Positions 19,208 through 29,519 of a DNA stretch of 64,000 bases are shown here, in pieces. The translations under genes were made by a program, and so were the position numbers. The stretch spans positions 19,425-83,424 of the forward strand of contig NZ_CBCSKT010000163.1 of NCBI RefSeq assembly GCF_965140895.1, written 5' to 3'. Under the pieces are notes generated by a model, which saw nothing but the letters and a program-made list of their open reading frames with translations, did not search any database and was not told the DNA's origin. Numbering within the stretch: position 1 is the stretch's first letter; each line of letters begins with the position of its first letter. This DNA is from Legionella sp. Its GTDB lineage: Bacteria; Pseudomonadota; Gammaproteobacteria; Legionellales; Legionellaceae.

Positions 19208-21208
19208 TTAAATTTTTCCAGAACAGACGCGGCGATTGATCCACCAGGCTAATAATAATGTGGATAAAGCACCCAAATATACACTGGCATTCTTCCAACC
19301 AGCACCAGCCAATTGTAGTGCATCAGGATTTTTCGCAATGGAGAATGGAATGGCGAGCAATACATCAATGATCGCTGAACCAGCAACTAAACCACAAGCA
19401 ATTAAAGTACCCTTTTGTTTTCTCGTAACCTGTTCTTCCTTATCTTTCTGAACACGACGTAAATGCCGTTGTACAAATAAAGCTATCATCCCACCAATGA
19501 ATAAAGGAAATGAGGAGGAAAGAGGTAAATACATGCCTATCGCAACCCCAAGAATGGACAAGTTTAGGAAGCGTCTTATTTTAAAGATATGGTTCAGGAA
19601 AATGATTACTAAAATGACACCAGAGCCAACAAACATCATATTCCAAGGCAATGAATTTTGAAACACTGCTTCTGTTATTGCAGCCATCAAGGCGGCTGTG
19701 GGTGCCGGTAAAGATTGGCTCACATCCATTCCAGGATGCGGCATTACCCCAGCAATACCATAAACATTAAATAGTAACTGCATTACTGGTGGAATTACCA
19801 GCGAAGAAACCACAACCCCAAGCAAAAGCATGAGCTGTTGCTTCCAGGGAGTAGCACCAACCAACTGCCCTACTTTTAAATCCTGGGTATTATCATTCGC
19901 AATAGCCGCAACTCCAGTAACTACCGAACCAATCATAATAGTAATTGCTTCTGCTGCCTGTATTTGCTGAGGGCTTAATGGCAACGGCAGGAAATGATCG
20001 ATAGCAACTAATAGCAACCATGCAGCAAATAACATTCCCGAAATAACCACTGAACTTCCAGGACTGGCAGTAACCCCAACCATTCCCGAAAAATAGGCCG
20101 TAATTACCGAAAAGATAAAACCAATAAATAAGACGTACAGCACAGCGAAAAATACTAGCGTAGGTGAATAATCGTTATCCAATCCCACTTGTGCTAAAGG
20201 CAACACTAATTGGAAAAATAAAAATAAAATCGAAGCCATCACCCCTATCCCCATAAGCAGGTAAGGAAGTGGGATGTCTTTGTCTGTACGCGGTACTTGC
20301 AGATCCATCCGACTTTTCGCTACAAAGGTACTGAAAGAGGTTTGAATGCTCTTAGACAATGGCTTAACTAATTTCAAAAAAGTCCACATACCAGCAAATA
20401 GCATAGCTCCTATCCCCAGATAACGCATCTCACTATTCCATAAGAATGAAGCGGCTTGCTCTGGGTTGTAATGCGTTAAAAATTCAGGATAAACACGGCT
20501 TACTATAGGTAAAGCAACTAACCAGGAAATGATAGCGCCCAAAAAGATACTGATGGCCATATCATGCCCGACCAAATAACCAGCACCTATCATGGTTGCA
20601 GAAAAACCAGCACCTAAACCAAATAAAGAACGCTTAACAACAAACCAATATCCCCAACTGTTTGCAATAAGTTTAAACCCCGTTTGCAACAATTCAATTA
20701 GACCGCCAATCGCCCCCCCCATCAAGATGTCGCTAATTTTGGATTTTTCTACCGAGGATTTTAATACCTCAGCAATAGCTCGCCCTTCGGGGAATTTTAA
20801 ATTACGATCATTAACTAAAATACGGCGCAAAGGAATTGAGAACAGAACGCCAAGAATTCCCCCACTCACTGCAATAAAAAAATTCGTCAGGTAATCAAAA
20901 TGACTCCAATAGCCAATAATGATTAGGGCGGGAATGGTATATACAATACCGCCAGCGACAGCCTCTCCAGCGGAGGCCGCTGTTTGCACGGCATTGTTTT
21001 CCAAAATAGTCGGATTTTTAAAGAAACGTAAAATTCCCATGGAAATAATGGCTGCAGGAATCGATGCAGAAGTTAAAATACCTAACTTCAACGCCAGATA
21101 GGCGTTTGACATAGCCAATAATACGGTCAATATTATGGCCAAAATAATGACCCGAAAAGTTAATTCGGCTACTTTTTTATCGGCAGCTATAAAAGGTGTA
21201 TCACTCAT
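19208..21208 (-). CDS. OPT-family oligopeptide transporter
   Basis: About 666-aa polytopic protein with OPT-type N-terminus (ELTFRVIILAIILTVLLAMSNAYLALKLGILTSASIPAA). The ATG at 21208 overlaps the upstream stop as TGATG. Confidence 0.85.
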   Translation of the reverse strand: MSDTPFIAADKKVAELTFRVIILAIILTVLLAMSNAYLALKLGILTSASIPAAIISMGILRFFKNPTILENNAVQTAASAGEAVAGGIVYTIPALIIIGYWSHFDYLTNFFIAVSGGILGVLFSIPLRRILVNDRNLKFPEGRAIAEVLKSSVEKSKISDILMGGAIGGLIELLQTGFKLIANSWGYWFVVKRSLFGLGAGFSATMIGAGYLVGHDMAISIFLGAIISWLVALPIVSRVYPEFLTHYNPEQAASFLWNSEMRYLGIGAMLFAGMWTFLKLVKPLSKSIQTSFSTFVAKSRMDLQVPRTDKDIPLPYLLMGIGVMASILFLFFQLVLPLAQVGLDNDYSPTLVFFAVLYVLFIGFIFSVITAYFSGMVGVTASPGSSVVISGMLFAAWLLLVAIDHFLPLPLSPQQIQAAEAITIMIGSVVTGVAAIANDNTQDLKVGQLVGATPWKQQLMLLLGVVVSSLVIPPVMQLLFNVYGIAGVMPHPGMDVSQSLPAPTAALMAAITEAVFQNSLPWNMMFVGSGVILVIIFLNHIFKIRRFLNLSILGVAIGMYLPLSSSFPLFIGGMIALFVQRHLRRVQKDKEEQVTRKQKGTLIACGLVAGSAIIDVLLAIPFSIAKNPDALQLAGAGWKNASVYLGALSTLLLAWWINRRVCSGKI

Positions 21209-21888
21209 CAAGACTTCCAAACTTTTTGTATTTCAGGTTTCAACATCGCTGAAATAGCAGATAAAGGAATTGAAACTATTTGTGGGCCATAAACGTAAGC
21301 CGCCACTTGATAGCTATCAAAAATGATCTCAAGTCCTTTTGGCGAGAAAGACCAAACATGGTAATTCTCTGCGACTGGCTTAGTCCCTTCATTGATCCAT
21401 TTCGAATCAGAGATATTCTTTGCGGTAATATCTTTGCTACTGATTTCAGAAATTGTCTTTAAATAATCTGCCCCATTAACAAATAACTCTGCAAGCTCAA
21501 CTTGGCGATTATCAACAAAATTCAACACAGCAGTCGTATTTAATGGATGAGCAGCACCGCGATGATAAATAGAAACATTAAAACGCACACTCAACGCATT
21601 ATTTTGTTCGTAAGGAATCGCATAAGTAATATTTAGCCCACTTTTACCTGAAACATCTAAAGCAACATTTTCATCTTCAGATAGTTCATTAAAAAAACTT
21701 TTTTGCGTTTGTTCAATAAAAGCCTTTACTACCGTATTTACTTTCGCGTCTTTAAAGCCTTGTGGGTATTTTACATCAATGATATAGGTCGATGTTTCTT
21801 TCTTAAGTAATGCCGGAGTAACTGCCTGTGCAGCAAAAGAAGAAAAAATAACTAACAGCGATAAAACGAATTTTAATTGGTTCATCAT
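21208..21888 (-). CDS. DUF3298/DUF4163-type secreted protein (RsiV/PdaC C-terminal-like)
   Basis: Signal peptide and the characteristic YHRGAAHP motif. Confidence 0.65.
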   Translation of the reverse strand: MMNQLKFVLSLLVIFSSFAAQAVTPALLKKETSTYIIDVKYPQGFKDAKVNTVVKAFIEQTQKSFFNELSEDENVALDVSGKSGLNITYAIPYEQNNALSVRFNVSIYHRGAAHPLNTTAVLNFVDNRQVELAELFVNGADYLKTISEISSKDITAKNISDSKWINEGTKPVAENYHVWSFSPKGLEIIFDSYQVAAYVYGPQIVSIPLSAISAMLKPEIQKVWKS

Positions 21889-21891
21889 AAT

Positions 21892-23124
21892 TTAGTTCCC
21901 AAATCCAAAATCATTCTTAGATACCCATTGACCAGCAATCATTGTTTGGTGAGGCAATGGATATGCAAAATAATAACACAGCGCAGCCCCCTCAGTGGCG
22001 GACCATAATACCAAATCTGCCGCCATACCAGGAGCAATCTGGCCAACCTCTTTGTCTAAACTTAAAGCTTTCGCTGCTTGGCTCGTTACTCCAGCCAATA
22101 CCTCAGGAACAGATAAAGCAAAAAACTGGCATGCCATACTCATCATCAATCTTAATGATGCAGTTGGTGAGGAGCCTGGATTGCAATCACTAGCAATAGC
22201 CATTCCTACTCCCGCCTGGCGTAATAAATCTACCGGTGGTTTACGTTGTTCGCGTAAAAAATAATAAGCACCGGGAAGCAATACCGCTACGGTATTGGAC
22301 TTAGCCATCGCCTGTGCTCCAATCTCATCTAAAAACTCGAGGTGATCACAGGATAAAGCGCCAAATTCAGCAGCAAGCTCACTCGCCCCCAAATTAGATA
22401 ATTGCTCTGCATGGCATTTTATTGGTAAATTTAATGCAAGCGCCGCATGAAAAATTTGCTCTGTCTGCGCAAGCGAAAAAGCAATCGACTCACAAAAGAC
22501 ATCGACGGCATCAACTAAAGTCGTATCAGCTAAAGCGGGAAGCATTTCCTGGCACAACACATCCACATAGGCTTGACTATTTCCGGTAAACTCAGGGCCA
22601 ACTGTATGCGCACCCAAAAAAGTTTTACGTACTCTTAAACCAGTCATTTCTCCCAGACGTTTAGCCACACGTAGCATTTTTAGCTCAGTAGGCAAATCCA
22701 AACCGTAGCCTGATTTAATTTCTACCGTGGTTACCCCTTCATTTTTTAAGGCTAAAATTCGCGGTAATGATTGCTGGATGAGTTCGTCTTCTGAGGCCGC
22801 ACGAGTTTGCTTTACCGTAGAGATAATTCCACCACCAGCCTGAGCAATTTCTGCATAACTGACACCAGATAGTTTCATCTGAAACTCTGCGGCTCGATTT
22901 CCCGCAAAAACCAAATGTGTATGACAATCAATCAAGCCTGGAGTAATTAATTGACCATGACAATCAACCCGCTCTTTAGTTTCATTAAAGTGTGCAGGCA
23001 GTTCAGCTTCCGGACCACACCAGGAAATAATGCCCTCACTAATAGCAATTGCCTGTTGTTCTAATTGTTTGCCTAAAGCATCAATAGTCCTTGCATTAAC
23101 TAATAATTTATCGCAAGCAGACAT
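21892..23124 (-). CDS. hutI: Imidazolonepropionase
   Basis: [16 protein letters not shown] and GGGIISTV motifs. The ATG at 23124 overlaps the SDR stop as TGATG. Confidence 0.9.
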   Translation of the reverse strand: MSACDKLLVNARTIDALGKQLEQQAIAISEGIISWCGPEAELPAHFNETKERVDCHGQLITPGLIDCHTHLVFAGNRAAEFQMKLSGVSYAEIAQAGGGIISTVKQTRAASEDELIQQSLPRILALKNEGVTTVEIKSGYGLDLPTELKMLRVAKRLGEMTGLRVRKTFLGAHTVGPEFTGNSQAYVDVLCQEMLPALADTTLVDAVDVFCESIAFSLAQTEQIFHAALALNLPIKCHAEQLSNLGASELAAEFGALSCDHLEFLDEIGAQAMAKSNTVAVLLPGAYYFLREQRKPPVDLLRQAGVGMAIASDCNPGSSPTASLRLMMSMACQFFALSVPEVLAGVTSQAAKALSLDKEVGQIAPGMAADLVLWSATEGAALCYYFAYPLPHQTMIAGQWVSKNDFGFGN

Positions 23125-23885
23125 CAAAAATCCCAATGAAGAACTTGATGTGGAGCCTTAAGCCATGACACATGGTGACTCGTGTCGTAAATGTCCCACT
23201 CTTTAGAAGCATAGGTTTGTGCATCAACATCCAATAATAACCAGGTTAAAAATTCTGCAACAGTTTCTGGTGCCACCAAACGTCCTTTCTCTTTCAGACG
23301 CTTATAAAAATTACCTTGATCACAATCTGGATTTTCATCGCTACGAGCCAGAACTTGCATATTCGTGTCAATAATCCCTGGCATTACACTAGCAAAAGCA
23401 ACCGATTCAGATTCCAAGTGCCAGCACTTGGACAACATAGCTAATGCAGCTTTTGAAACGCAATAAGCGCCCCAACCTTTTATCGCAAAATAAGCAGCTC
23501 CGGAACCAATATTTAACACACGACCTCGATTTAACTTGGCATATAACATTTGTGATAAATAAAGTGGTGCATTTAAATTAGTATTTATTGCATTTTGCCA
23601 TTCTTGAGGCTTAACATCTTTTAATAAGCTCAAGGGGTTTAAAGTACCTGCATTATTAACCAGTGCAGTAATTTGCGGTACCGAATCCAGATGCATTTTT
23701 ATAGCGGCTAATCCATCAGGTGTTGCAACGTCTGCGCAGAAATATTGAATGTTTGTCGCCGTAGCTGCTGTTTCCTTCAATAACCGCTCTCGACGCCCAA
23801 TGATTAATACATTTTTACCGCGTTTATCCAAAGATAAGGCTAAAGCTTTCCCTATACCACTTCCACCGCCAGTAATAATAAACAC
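23124..23885 (-). CDS. Short-chain dehydrogenase/reductase (SDR) family oxidoreductase
   Basis: [11 protein letters not shown]ossmann motif and YCVSKAAL catalytic Y-x3-K. Confidence 0.8.
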   Translation of the reverse strand: MFIITGGGSGIGKALALSLDKRGKNVLIIGRRERLLKETAATATNIQYFCADVATPDGLAAIKMHLDSVPQITALVNNAGTLNPLSLLKDVKPQEWQNAINTNLNAPLYLSQMLYAKLNRGRVLNIGSGAAYFAIKGWGAYCVSKAALAMLSKCWHLESESVAFASVMPGIIDTNMQVLARSDENPDCDQGNFYKRLKEKGRLVAPETVAEFLTWLLLDVDAQTYASKEWDIYDTSHHVSWLKAPHQVLHWDF

Positions 23886-24046
23886 AATATCCTCTGTATC
23901 TTCTATCTAAGTGTACTCAGATAATACCAGACATTAGATTAAGTTGGCATATTTTAACCGAGTAAAGGCAAAATTTCTTTTTTTATGGCAAGTACTATAG
24001 AATCAATAACTTTCAAGATATGTAGCCTAATGCAGGGAGAATATTA

Positions 24047-25006
24047 ATGTTTGAAAATCTGTCCAATTATCGACATGCTGACCCGCTTTTATGGCAGGGA
24101 AGAAAAGATACCCCCAATGCTGAACGTTTTTTCCAAAAAATAACTTTTCCCACGCAACAAACCGATTTAATTAGCAAAGAGAAGAAAACCGTTTTTGTTG
24201 GCTTTGCTAGCGATGCTGGAGTACGACGTAACCTGGGTAGACCAGGGGCAAAACTAGGTCCTGACCAAATAAAAACTCAATTAGCAAAGCTCCCTTGCTC
24301 CAATAACAAAGTTTATGTCGACTTAGGAAATATTGTCTGTGAACAGGATGAGCTGGAATTGGCACAAAGCCAATTTGCTAGTTTGATTAATTTTTGCCAT
24401 CAACAGGGACACCAAACCATTGCTCTAGGTGGGGGGCATGAAATTGCGTGGGCACACCATCAGGGGCTAGCAGCGAATTACACGCGATTGGGTATTATTA
24501 ATTTTGATGCGCATTTTGATTTGCGCCCTTACCCCAAAGATCAACTTGGAACCTCAGGAACTCCTTTTTCACAAATTGCCGCCTGGTGTGAAGAAAATCG
24601 GCGTAAATTTGATTATTGTTGCCTGGGTATACAGCAGATGGGGAATACTCCTTCGTTGTTTCGTCGTGCAGCAGAATTAAATGTACGTTATTTAACAGCA
24701 GAAGATATTTATGAGAAAAGTCTTGCCTGGCATTTGGCTTTTCTTGATGATTTTATGCTGAATCTGGATCATATTTATTTAACTATTTGTCTTGATGTTT
24801 TAGCTGAATGTTTTGCCCCTGGGGTAAGTGCCCCGCAGCCATTGGGGCTAACCCCTTGGCAAATATTGCCACTCTTGAAATACATCATGCAAAGTGGCAA
24901 AGTAGTCAGTTTAGACATTGCAGAGCTTTCGCCGCCTTTGGATCAGGATCAAAAAACGGCCAGACTGGCAGCGCTTATTATCGCAGAATTGCTGCACACA
25001 ATTTAA
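24047..25006 (+). CDS. hutG: Formimidoylglutamase (arginase family)
   Basis: GGGHEIAW and INFDAHFDLR metal-binding motifs; divergent from hutI. Confidence 0.85.
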   Translation: MFENLSNYRHADPLLWQGRKDTPNAERFFQKITFPTQQTDLISKEKKTVFVGFASDAGVRRNLGRPGAKLGPDQIKTQLAKLPCSNNKVYVDLGNIVCEQDELELAQSQFASLINFCHQQGHQTIALGGGHEIAWAHHQGLAANYTRLGIINFDAHFDLRPYPKDQLGTSGTPFSQIAAWCEENRRKFDYCCLGIQQMGNTPSLFRRAAELNVRYLTAEDIYEKSLAWHLAFLDDFMLNLDHIYLTICLDVLAECFAPGVSAPQPLGLTPWQILPLLKYIMQSGKVVSLDIAELSPPLDQDQKTARLAALIIAELLHTI

Positions 25007-25018
25007 AGGAGTTATTTC

Positions 25019-25729
25019 ATGAAGAAAACCGTACTTTGGAGTGCCTTAGCTACTCTAATTAGCACTCAAGTATATGCTGCTGATCCAACGCCACCAGCAA
25101 CTCCGCCTGCCACCCCACAATCAGGACCTAGTGCAGTTCCAGCAGCTCAGATTCCCTCAGCCCTCGCACCTAGCGTGGTTATTGATTGTAATTATAAAAT
25201 TCCGGCTCAGGTTAAAAGCGTTGAACAATCTGTTGTTTTAGCGTGGTCAGAAAAAGCGGCAATTCAGTCATTTAGTTTTGAACCCAATACTTTAGATGCA
25301 CAAATGCAAAAATTACAGACCTGTTTTACTGAACAAGGTTGGACTGGTTTTAGTAGTGCATTGCAAAAGTCAGGTAATATCGAGGCGATTAAATCCCAAA
25401 GTTTAAAGGTCAGCAGTCATGTTGATGGGCAAGGGTTTATTACTGATGCGAAAGATAATCAGTGGAAGGTCACTTTGCCTTTAGTCGTGGTTTATCGGAA
25501 TGAGAAAGAAAAAGTTAGTCAATTGTTGAGTGTTGAGTTAACGGTTAATCGTAAACCGACTGGGGATCTGGGAATTACCCAAATGATTGCGACTCCACGC
25601 GGTACTGTTACTACGAAAAAACCTGTGCTGGTAAATAACCCAGAGAATACCAATCTTGATACTCGCCCACCAGCTGAGAATACTCCTAATGCTCCGCAAA
25701 ACCAGCCCGTTATAGGTAAGCCTAATTAA
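25019..25729 (+). CDS. Secreted IcmL/DotI-like domain protein (orphan copy, not in an icm/dot cluster)
   Basis: Signal peptide and a Pro/Thr linker. The core then follows the IcmL-like pattern as I recall it: W..KAA..SFSF..N......L..CFTE.GW..F..AL..SG....I.......V....G........W.V..P.VVVY ... LGITQ. Confidence 0.5.
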   Translation: MKKTVLWSALATLISTQVYAADPTPPATPPATPQSGPSAVPAAQIPSALAPSVVIDCNYKIPAQVKSVEQSVVLAWSEKAAIQSFSFEPNTLDAQMQKLQTCFTEQGWTGFSSALQKSGNIEAIKSQSLKVSSHVDGQGFITDAKDNQWKVTLPLVVVYRNEKEKVSQLLSVELTVNRKPTGDLGITQMIATPRGTVTTKKPVLVNNPENTNLDTRPPAENTPNAPQNQPVIGKPN

Positions 25730-25747
25730 TCAGGCCTGTCACTGCAT

Positions 25748-25775
25748 CCCGTATTACGACTGTGTCTAATACGGA
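25748..25775. repeat. CCCGTATTA-type hairpin repeat
   Basis: CCGTATTA (25749-25756) pairs with TAATACGG (25767-25774); 10-nt loop. Confidence 0.55.
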
Positions 25776-25786
25776 CTACGTTCAAA

Positions 25787-25830
25787 CCTTCAGAGTAACC
25801 TGGTTGCAAGCAACCAGGTTACTCTGAAGG
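25787..25830. terminator. 44-nt perfect palindrome between convergent genes (probable bidirectional terminator; CCTGGTTGC repeat family)
   Basis: CCTTCAGAGTAACCTGGTTGC-AA-GCAACCAGGTTACTCTGAAGG. I checked all 21 base pairs position by position. Confidence 0.6.
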
Positions 25831-25862
25831 ACGTAGCCCGATACAGGTTTTATGTGCATTAT

Positions 25863-26468
25863 TTAAAATAACTGAGCATTGGAACGACTCACACCATTTT
25901 GGTCTGAGTAAGCCAAGATGATTACTTTAGTACCAATCTTCATAAAGTTTTCATTTAACCATTTTGCTGCACTTGGGAACACCCTTACGCAACCATGACT
26001 AGATGGGCGCTCTGGAACATCATAGGCTGCATGAATAGTGAATCCTTGATAGAAGTACATGCAGTACGGCATTTTAGCTCCACCGCGTGTATCTACAGGA
26101 TATTCTCCTGAACGACAGTTAATACCTTGCTTGTTATAAACACGGAACATACCAGTTACTGTTCTGCATGACTGACTTGAGTTTTCTTCACAAGTATCAA
26201 CCCCAGCAGAACCTGCTCCCGTTAATAAGCGATTGCCATCTTCATCATAAGCAGCCCATGCAGATGCTTTAGGATCGAACACAAAACGCTTTTCACCAGT
26301 TGCTTTAATTTTCATCGGAAAATAGCTACGTCCACGTTTGTCTTTGGTGTAATGAATGGTTCGGTGCACATAACCTGCATCATCGGTAATTAAAGTAGAT
26401 TCATCTAAGTCTACGCAGGATGTTAACCCAAGGCATAACAGCAAACCGGCCCAAAATAACTTCTTCAT
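25863..26468 (-). CDS. L,D-transpeptidase (YkuD domain) lipoprotein
   Basis: Lipobox LGLTSC and the catalytic motif SSHGCVRV. Confidence 0.8.
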   Translation of the reverse strand: MKKLFWAGLLLCLGLTSCVDLDESTLITDDAGYVHRTIHYTKDKRGRSYFPMKIKATGEKRFVFDPKASAWAAYDEDGNRLLTGAGSAGVDTCEENSSQSCRTVTGMFRVYNKQGINCRSGEYPVDTRGGAKMPYCMYFYQGFTIHAAYDVPERPSSHGCVRVFPSAAKWLNENFMKIGTKVIILAYSDQNGVSRSNAQLF

Positions 26469-26624
26469 TTAGACATTTTCTCCAAAAAATAAATCTCCTT
26501 CCTGCAAGAGAAGGATTAACGTACATCAATTAAGTCTGAGCGTGATGCTAAGACTTGGTTCAGAACCCTATTCGACCCTCCGCGGCATGTCCGTGGAATC
26601 CAGCAATGTAGCAAGATTTCAGGC

Positions 26625-26645
26625 TCCCGCAGACAAGCTGCGGGA
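26625..26645. repeat. TCCCGCAG/CTGCGGGA hairpin repeat
   Basis: An 8-bp stem with a 5-nt loop. Same TTCCCG..CGGGAA type as 4729-4751. Confidence 0.5.
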
Positions 26646-26694
26646 AGTCGATAGAGCTAACATCTTATTCACCTAACAGCAATATAAAACACTC

Positions 26695-28368
26695 TTAAGA
26701 TTCTAACTTTTTGTATTTAATCCGCGAAGGTCTATTTGCAGCATCACCTAAACGGCGTTTTCTATCTGCTTCATAATCACTGTAGTTTCCTTCAATAAAG
26801 ACAATTTGTGAATCACCTTCAAACGCCATGAAATGGGTACAAATTCGATCCAAGAACCATCTATCATGCGAAATAATCACAGCGCAACCAGGAAAGTTTA
26901 ACAGTGCCTCTTCCAGCGCACGTAAGGTTTCAACATCCAAATCGTTACTGGGTTCATCAAGTAGTAAGACGTTACAACCACTCTTTAGCAATTTTGCTAA
27001 ATGTACGCGGTTGCGCTCTCCCCCAGAAAGTTGGGACATTTTCTTTTGCTGATCAGTTCCTTTAAAGTTAAACCGTCCAACATAAGCACGCGAAGGCATT
27101 TGGAAACTACCCACCTGCATAATATCGTGGCCATCGGAAATTTCTTGCCAAACGGATTTATTCGAATCTAATTCATCGCGAAGCTGATCTACATAAGCCA
27201 ACTGTACTGTCTCACCAATGCGAATAGTACCGCTATCAGGCTGCTCCTGACCAGTAATCATTTTCAAAAAGGTTGATTTACCAGCACCATTTGGACCAAT
27301 GATACCCAAAACACCGCCCTTAGGTAATTTGAAGTCAAACTTATCAATTAAGATTCGGTCACCGAATGCTTTAGTAATTTGCTCGCCTTCGAATACTAAT
27401 TCACCTAAACGCTCACCTGGTGGGATATAAATTTCATTGGTTTCATTACGTTTCTGGAACTCTTTAGAATTCATCTCTTCAAAACGTTGTAAACGCGCTT
27501 TATTCTTAGCATGACGTCCTTTCGGAGAAGTACGTACCCACTCTAACTCAGCCTTAATCGTTCGTTGATGCGAATCTTCCTGTTTCTTTTCCATTTCTAA
27601 ACGAGCTTCTTTTTGCTCAAGCCAAGCGGTGTAATTACCTTTATAAGGGAAGCCTTCCCCTCGGTCTAATTCCAAGATCCACTCAGCGGCATTATCCAAG
27701 AAATATCTATCATGCGTAATCGCAACTACGGTTCCTGGGAAGCCTTCTAAATAATGCTCTAACCACGCTACTGACTCGGCATCCAAATGGTTAGTTGGCT
27801 CATCAAGTAGTAACATATCAGGGTTAGAAAGTAATAAACGGCATAACGCAACACGACGGCGCTCTCCTCCAGACAGATTGCGAATAATCGCATCCCACTC
27901 AGGTAGTCTTAGTGCATCAGCTGCGATGTCCAGCTTTCTATCCAGGTCCCAACCGCCGCCAGCTTCAATGACGTTTTGTAACTCGCCTTGTTCAGCAAGT
28001 AACTGATTCATTTCATCATCGCTCATTGGCTCAGCAAAACGCATGCTGATTTCATCGAATCGCACTAAATGCTGCTTCATCTCAGATACGCCCTCTTCAA
28101 CAATGTCGCGCACCGTTTTATCCAAATCGAGCTGTGGTTCTTGCTCCAGGTAACCAATTTTAATACCTGCTTGTGGTCTTGCCTCACCCTCAAACTGGGT
28201 GTCTACTCCTGCCATAATACGTAACAGCGTGGACTTACCAGAACCGTTCAACCCCAACACACCAATCTTTGCGCCAGGAAAAAAACTTAATGAAATATCC
28301 TTTAATATAAACCGCTGGTTTTCAACAATTTTGCTGACACGATTCATGGTAAAAATATATTGTGACAT
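26695..28368 (-). CDS. ettA: Energy-dependent translational throttle protein EttA (ABC-F ATPase)
   Basis: MSQYIFTMNRVSKIV...ISLSFFPGAKIGVLGLNGSGKSTLLRIMAG is near-identical in pattern to E. coli EttA. Two ABC cassettes. Confidence 0.95.
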   Translation of the reverse strand: MSQYIFTMNRVSKIVENQRFILKDISLSFFPGAKIGVLGLNGSGKSTLLRIMAGVDTQFEGEARPQAGIKIGYLEQEPQLDLDKTVRDIVEEGVSEMKQHLVRFDEISMRFAEPMSDDEMNQLLAEQGELQNVIEAGGGWDLDRKLDIAADALRLPEWDAIIRNLSGGERRRVALCRLLLSNPDMLLLDEPTNHLDAESVAWLEHYLEGFPGTVVAITHDRYFLDNAAEWILELDRGEGFPYKGNYTAWLEQKEARLEMEKKQEDSHQRTIKAELEWVRTSPKGRHAKNKARLQRFEEMNSKEFQKRNETNEIYIPPGERLGELVFEGEQITKAFGDRILIDKFDFKLPKGGVLGIIGPNGAGKSTFLKMITGQEQPDSGTIRIGETVQLAYVDQLRDELDSNKSVWQEISDGHDIMQVGSFQMPSRAYVGRFNFKGTDQQKKMSQLSGGERNRVHLAKLLKSGCNVLLLDEPSNDLDVETLRALEEALLNFPGCAVIISHDRWFLDRICTHFMAFEGDSQIVFIEGNYSDYEADRKRRLGDAANRPSRIKYKKLES

Positions 28369-28421
28369 AAAAACTCCGCTTTATTTAAAGACTATGTAAA
28401 TAGCCCCTACTCTATAAAATC

Positions 28422-29447
28422 TTAGGTCCAGTCTAAAATAACCTTTCCAGATTGACCTGATGCCATAATTTGGAATGCATTTTGGTAGTCATCTACTGGA
28501 AAATGATGCGTGGTTACCGGTGAAATATCTAGTCCACTTTGTAACATGGCAATCATTTTATACCAGGTTTCAAACATTTCACGACCATAAATACCTTTAA
28601 TAACTAGCCCTTTAAAAATTACCTGGTTCCAGTCAATTGGGGTTTCTTGTGGCGGAATACCTAACATTGCAACATGACCACCATGAGTCATAGCTTTCAT
28701 CATTTCATTTAAGGCTAATGGGTTACCTGACATTTCCAAGCCTACGTCAAAACCTTCAATCATGCCAAGCTCTGCGACAACATCAGAAAGTTTTTCATAC
28801 TTAACGTTCACCGCACGGGTAACACCCATTTTACGTGCCAAGTCCAGACGGTAATCATTCACATCAGTAATCACAACATGACGCGCACCAATATGGCGAA
28901 CGATTGCTGCAGCCATAATACCGATAGGACCTGCTCCGGTAATTAAAACATCCTCACCCACTACATCAAAAGACAAGGCGCAATGAGCTGCATTACCAAA
29001 TGGATCAAAAATCGATGCTTGCTCATCTGTAATATTGTCAGGAAGAACGATAACATTCGAGGCCGGCAATGCTAAATATTCAGCAAAACATCCAGGGCGA
29101 TTGACACCAACACCTAAAGTATTGCGACATAGGTGGCGTTTGCCTGCACGACAATTACGGCAATAACCACAAGTAATATGCCCTTCACCAGAAACGCGTT
29201 GACCAACACTCAAACCTTGAACTTCCTGGCCTAAAGCCACGATTTCGCCCACAAACTCATGTCCTACAGTCATAGGAACAGGAATAGTCGCTTGCGCCCA
29301 ATCATCCCAAGAATAAATATGAATATCAGTACCGCAAATCGCTGTTTTCTTAATTTTAATTAAAACATCATTAACGCCGTATTCAGGAATGGCTACATCT
29401 TCCATCCAAATTCCAGGCTCTCTTTTAGCTTTGACTAATGATTTCAT
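28422..29447 (-). CDS. tdh: L-threonine 3-dehydrogenase
   Basis: [18 protein letters not shown]...[14 protein letters not shown]; zinc-ADH fold; adjacent to kbl. Confidence 0.95.
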   Translation of the reverse strand: MKSLVKAKREPGIWMEDVAIPEYGVNDVLIKIKKTAICGTDIHIYSWDDWAQATIPVPMTVGHEFVGEIVALGQEVQGLSVGQRVSGEGHITCGYCRNCRAGKRHLCRNTLGVGVNRPGCFAEYLALPASNVIVLPDNITDEQASIFDPFGNAAHCALSFDVVGEDVLITGAGPIGIMAAAIVRHIGARHVVITDVNDYRLDLARKMGVTRAVNVKYEKLSDVVAELGMIEGFDVGLEMSGNPLALNEMMKAMTHGGHVAMLGIPPQETPIDWNQVIFKGLVIKGIYGREMFETWYKMIAMLQSGLDISPVTTHHFPVDDYQNAFQIMASGQSGKVILDWT

Positions 29448-29519
29448 TTAATTACCTCAAAATAGTGAATTATTCTTCAGTCGCTATGGTGCGAAGACGC
29501 TCCAATATAATGTCCCTAT

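Noticed and set aside
19236-21101. Plus-strand ORFs (19236-19451, 20592-20894, 20919-21101) inside the OPT transporter gene
   Set aside because: All are antisense to a 666-aa polytopic transporter with a clear family signature, and none has an independent signal.
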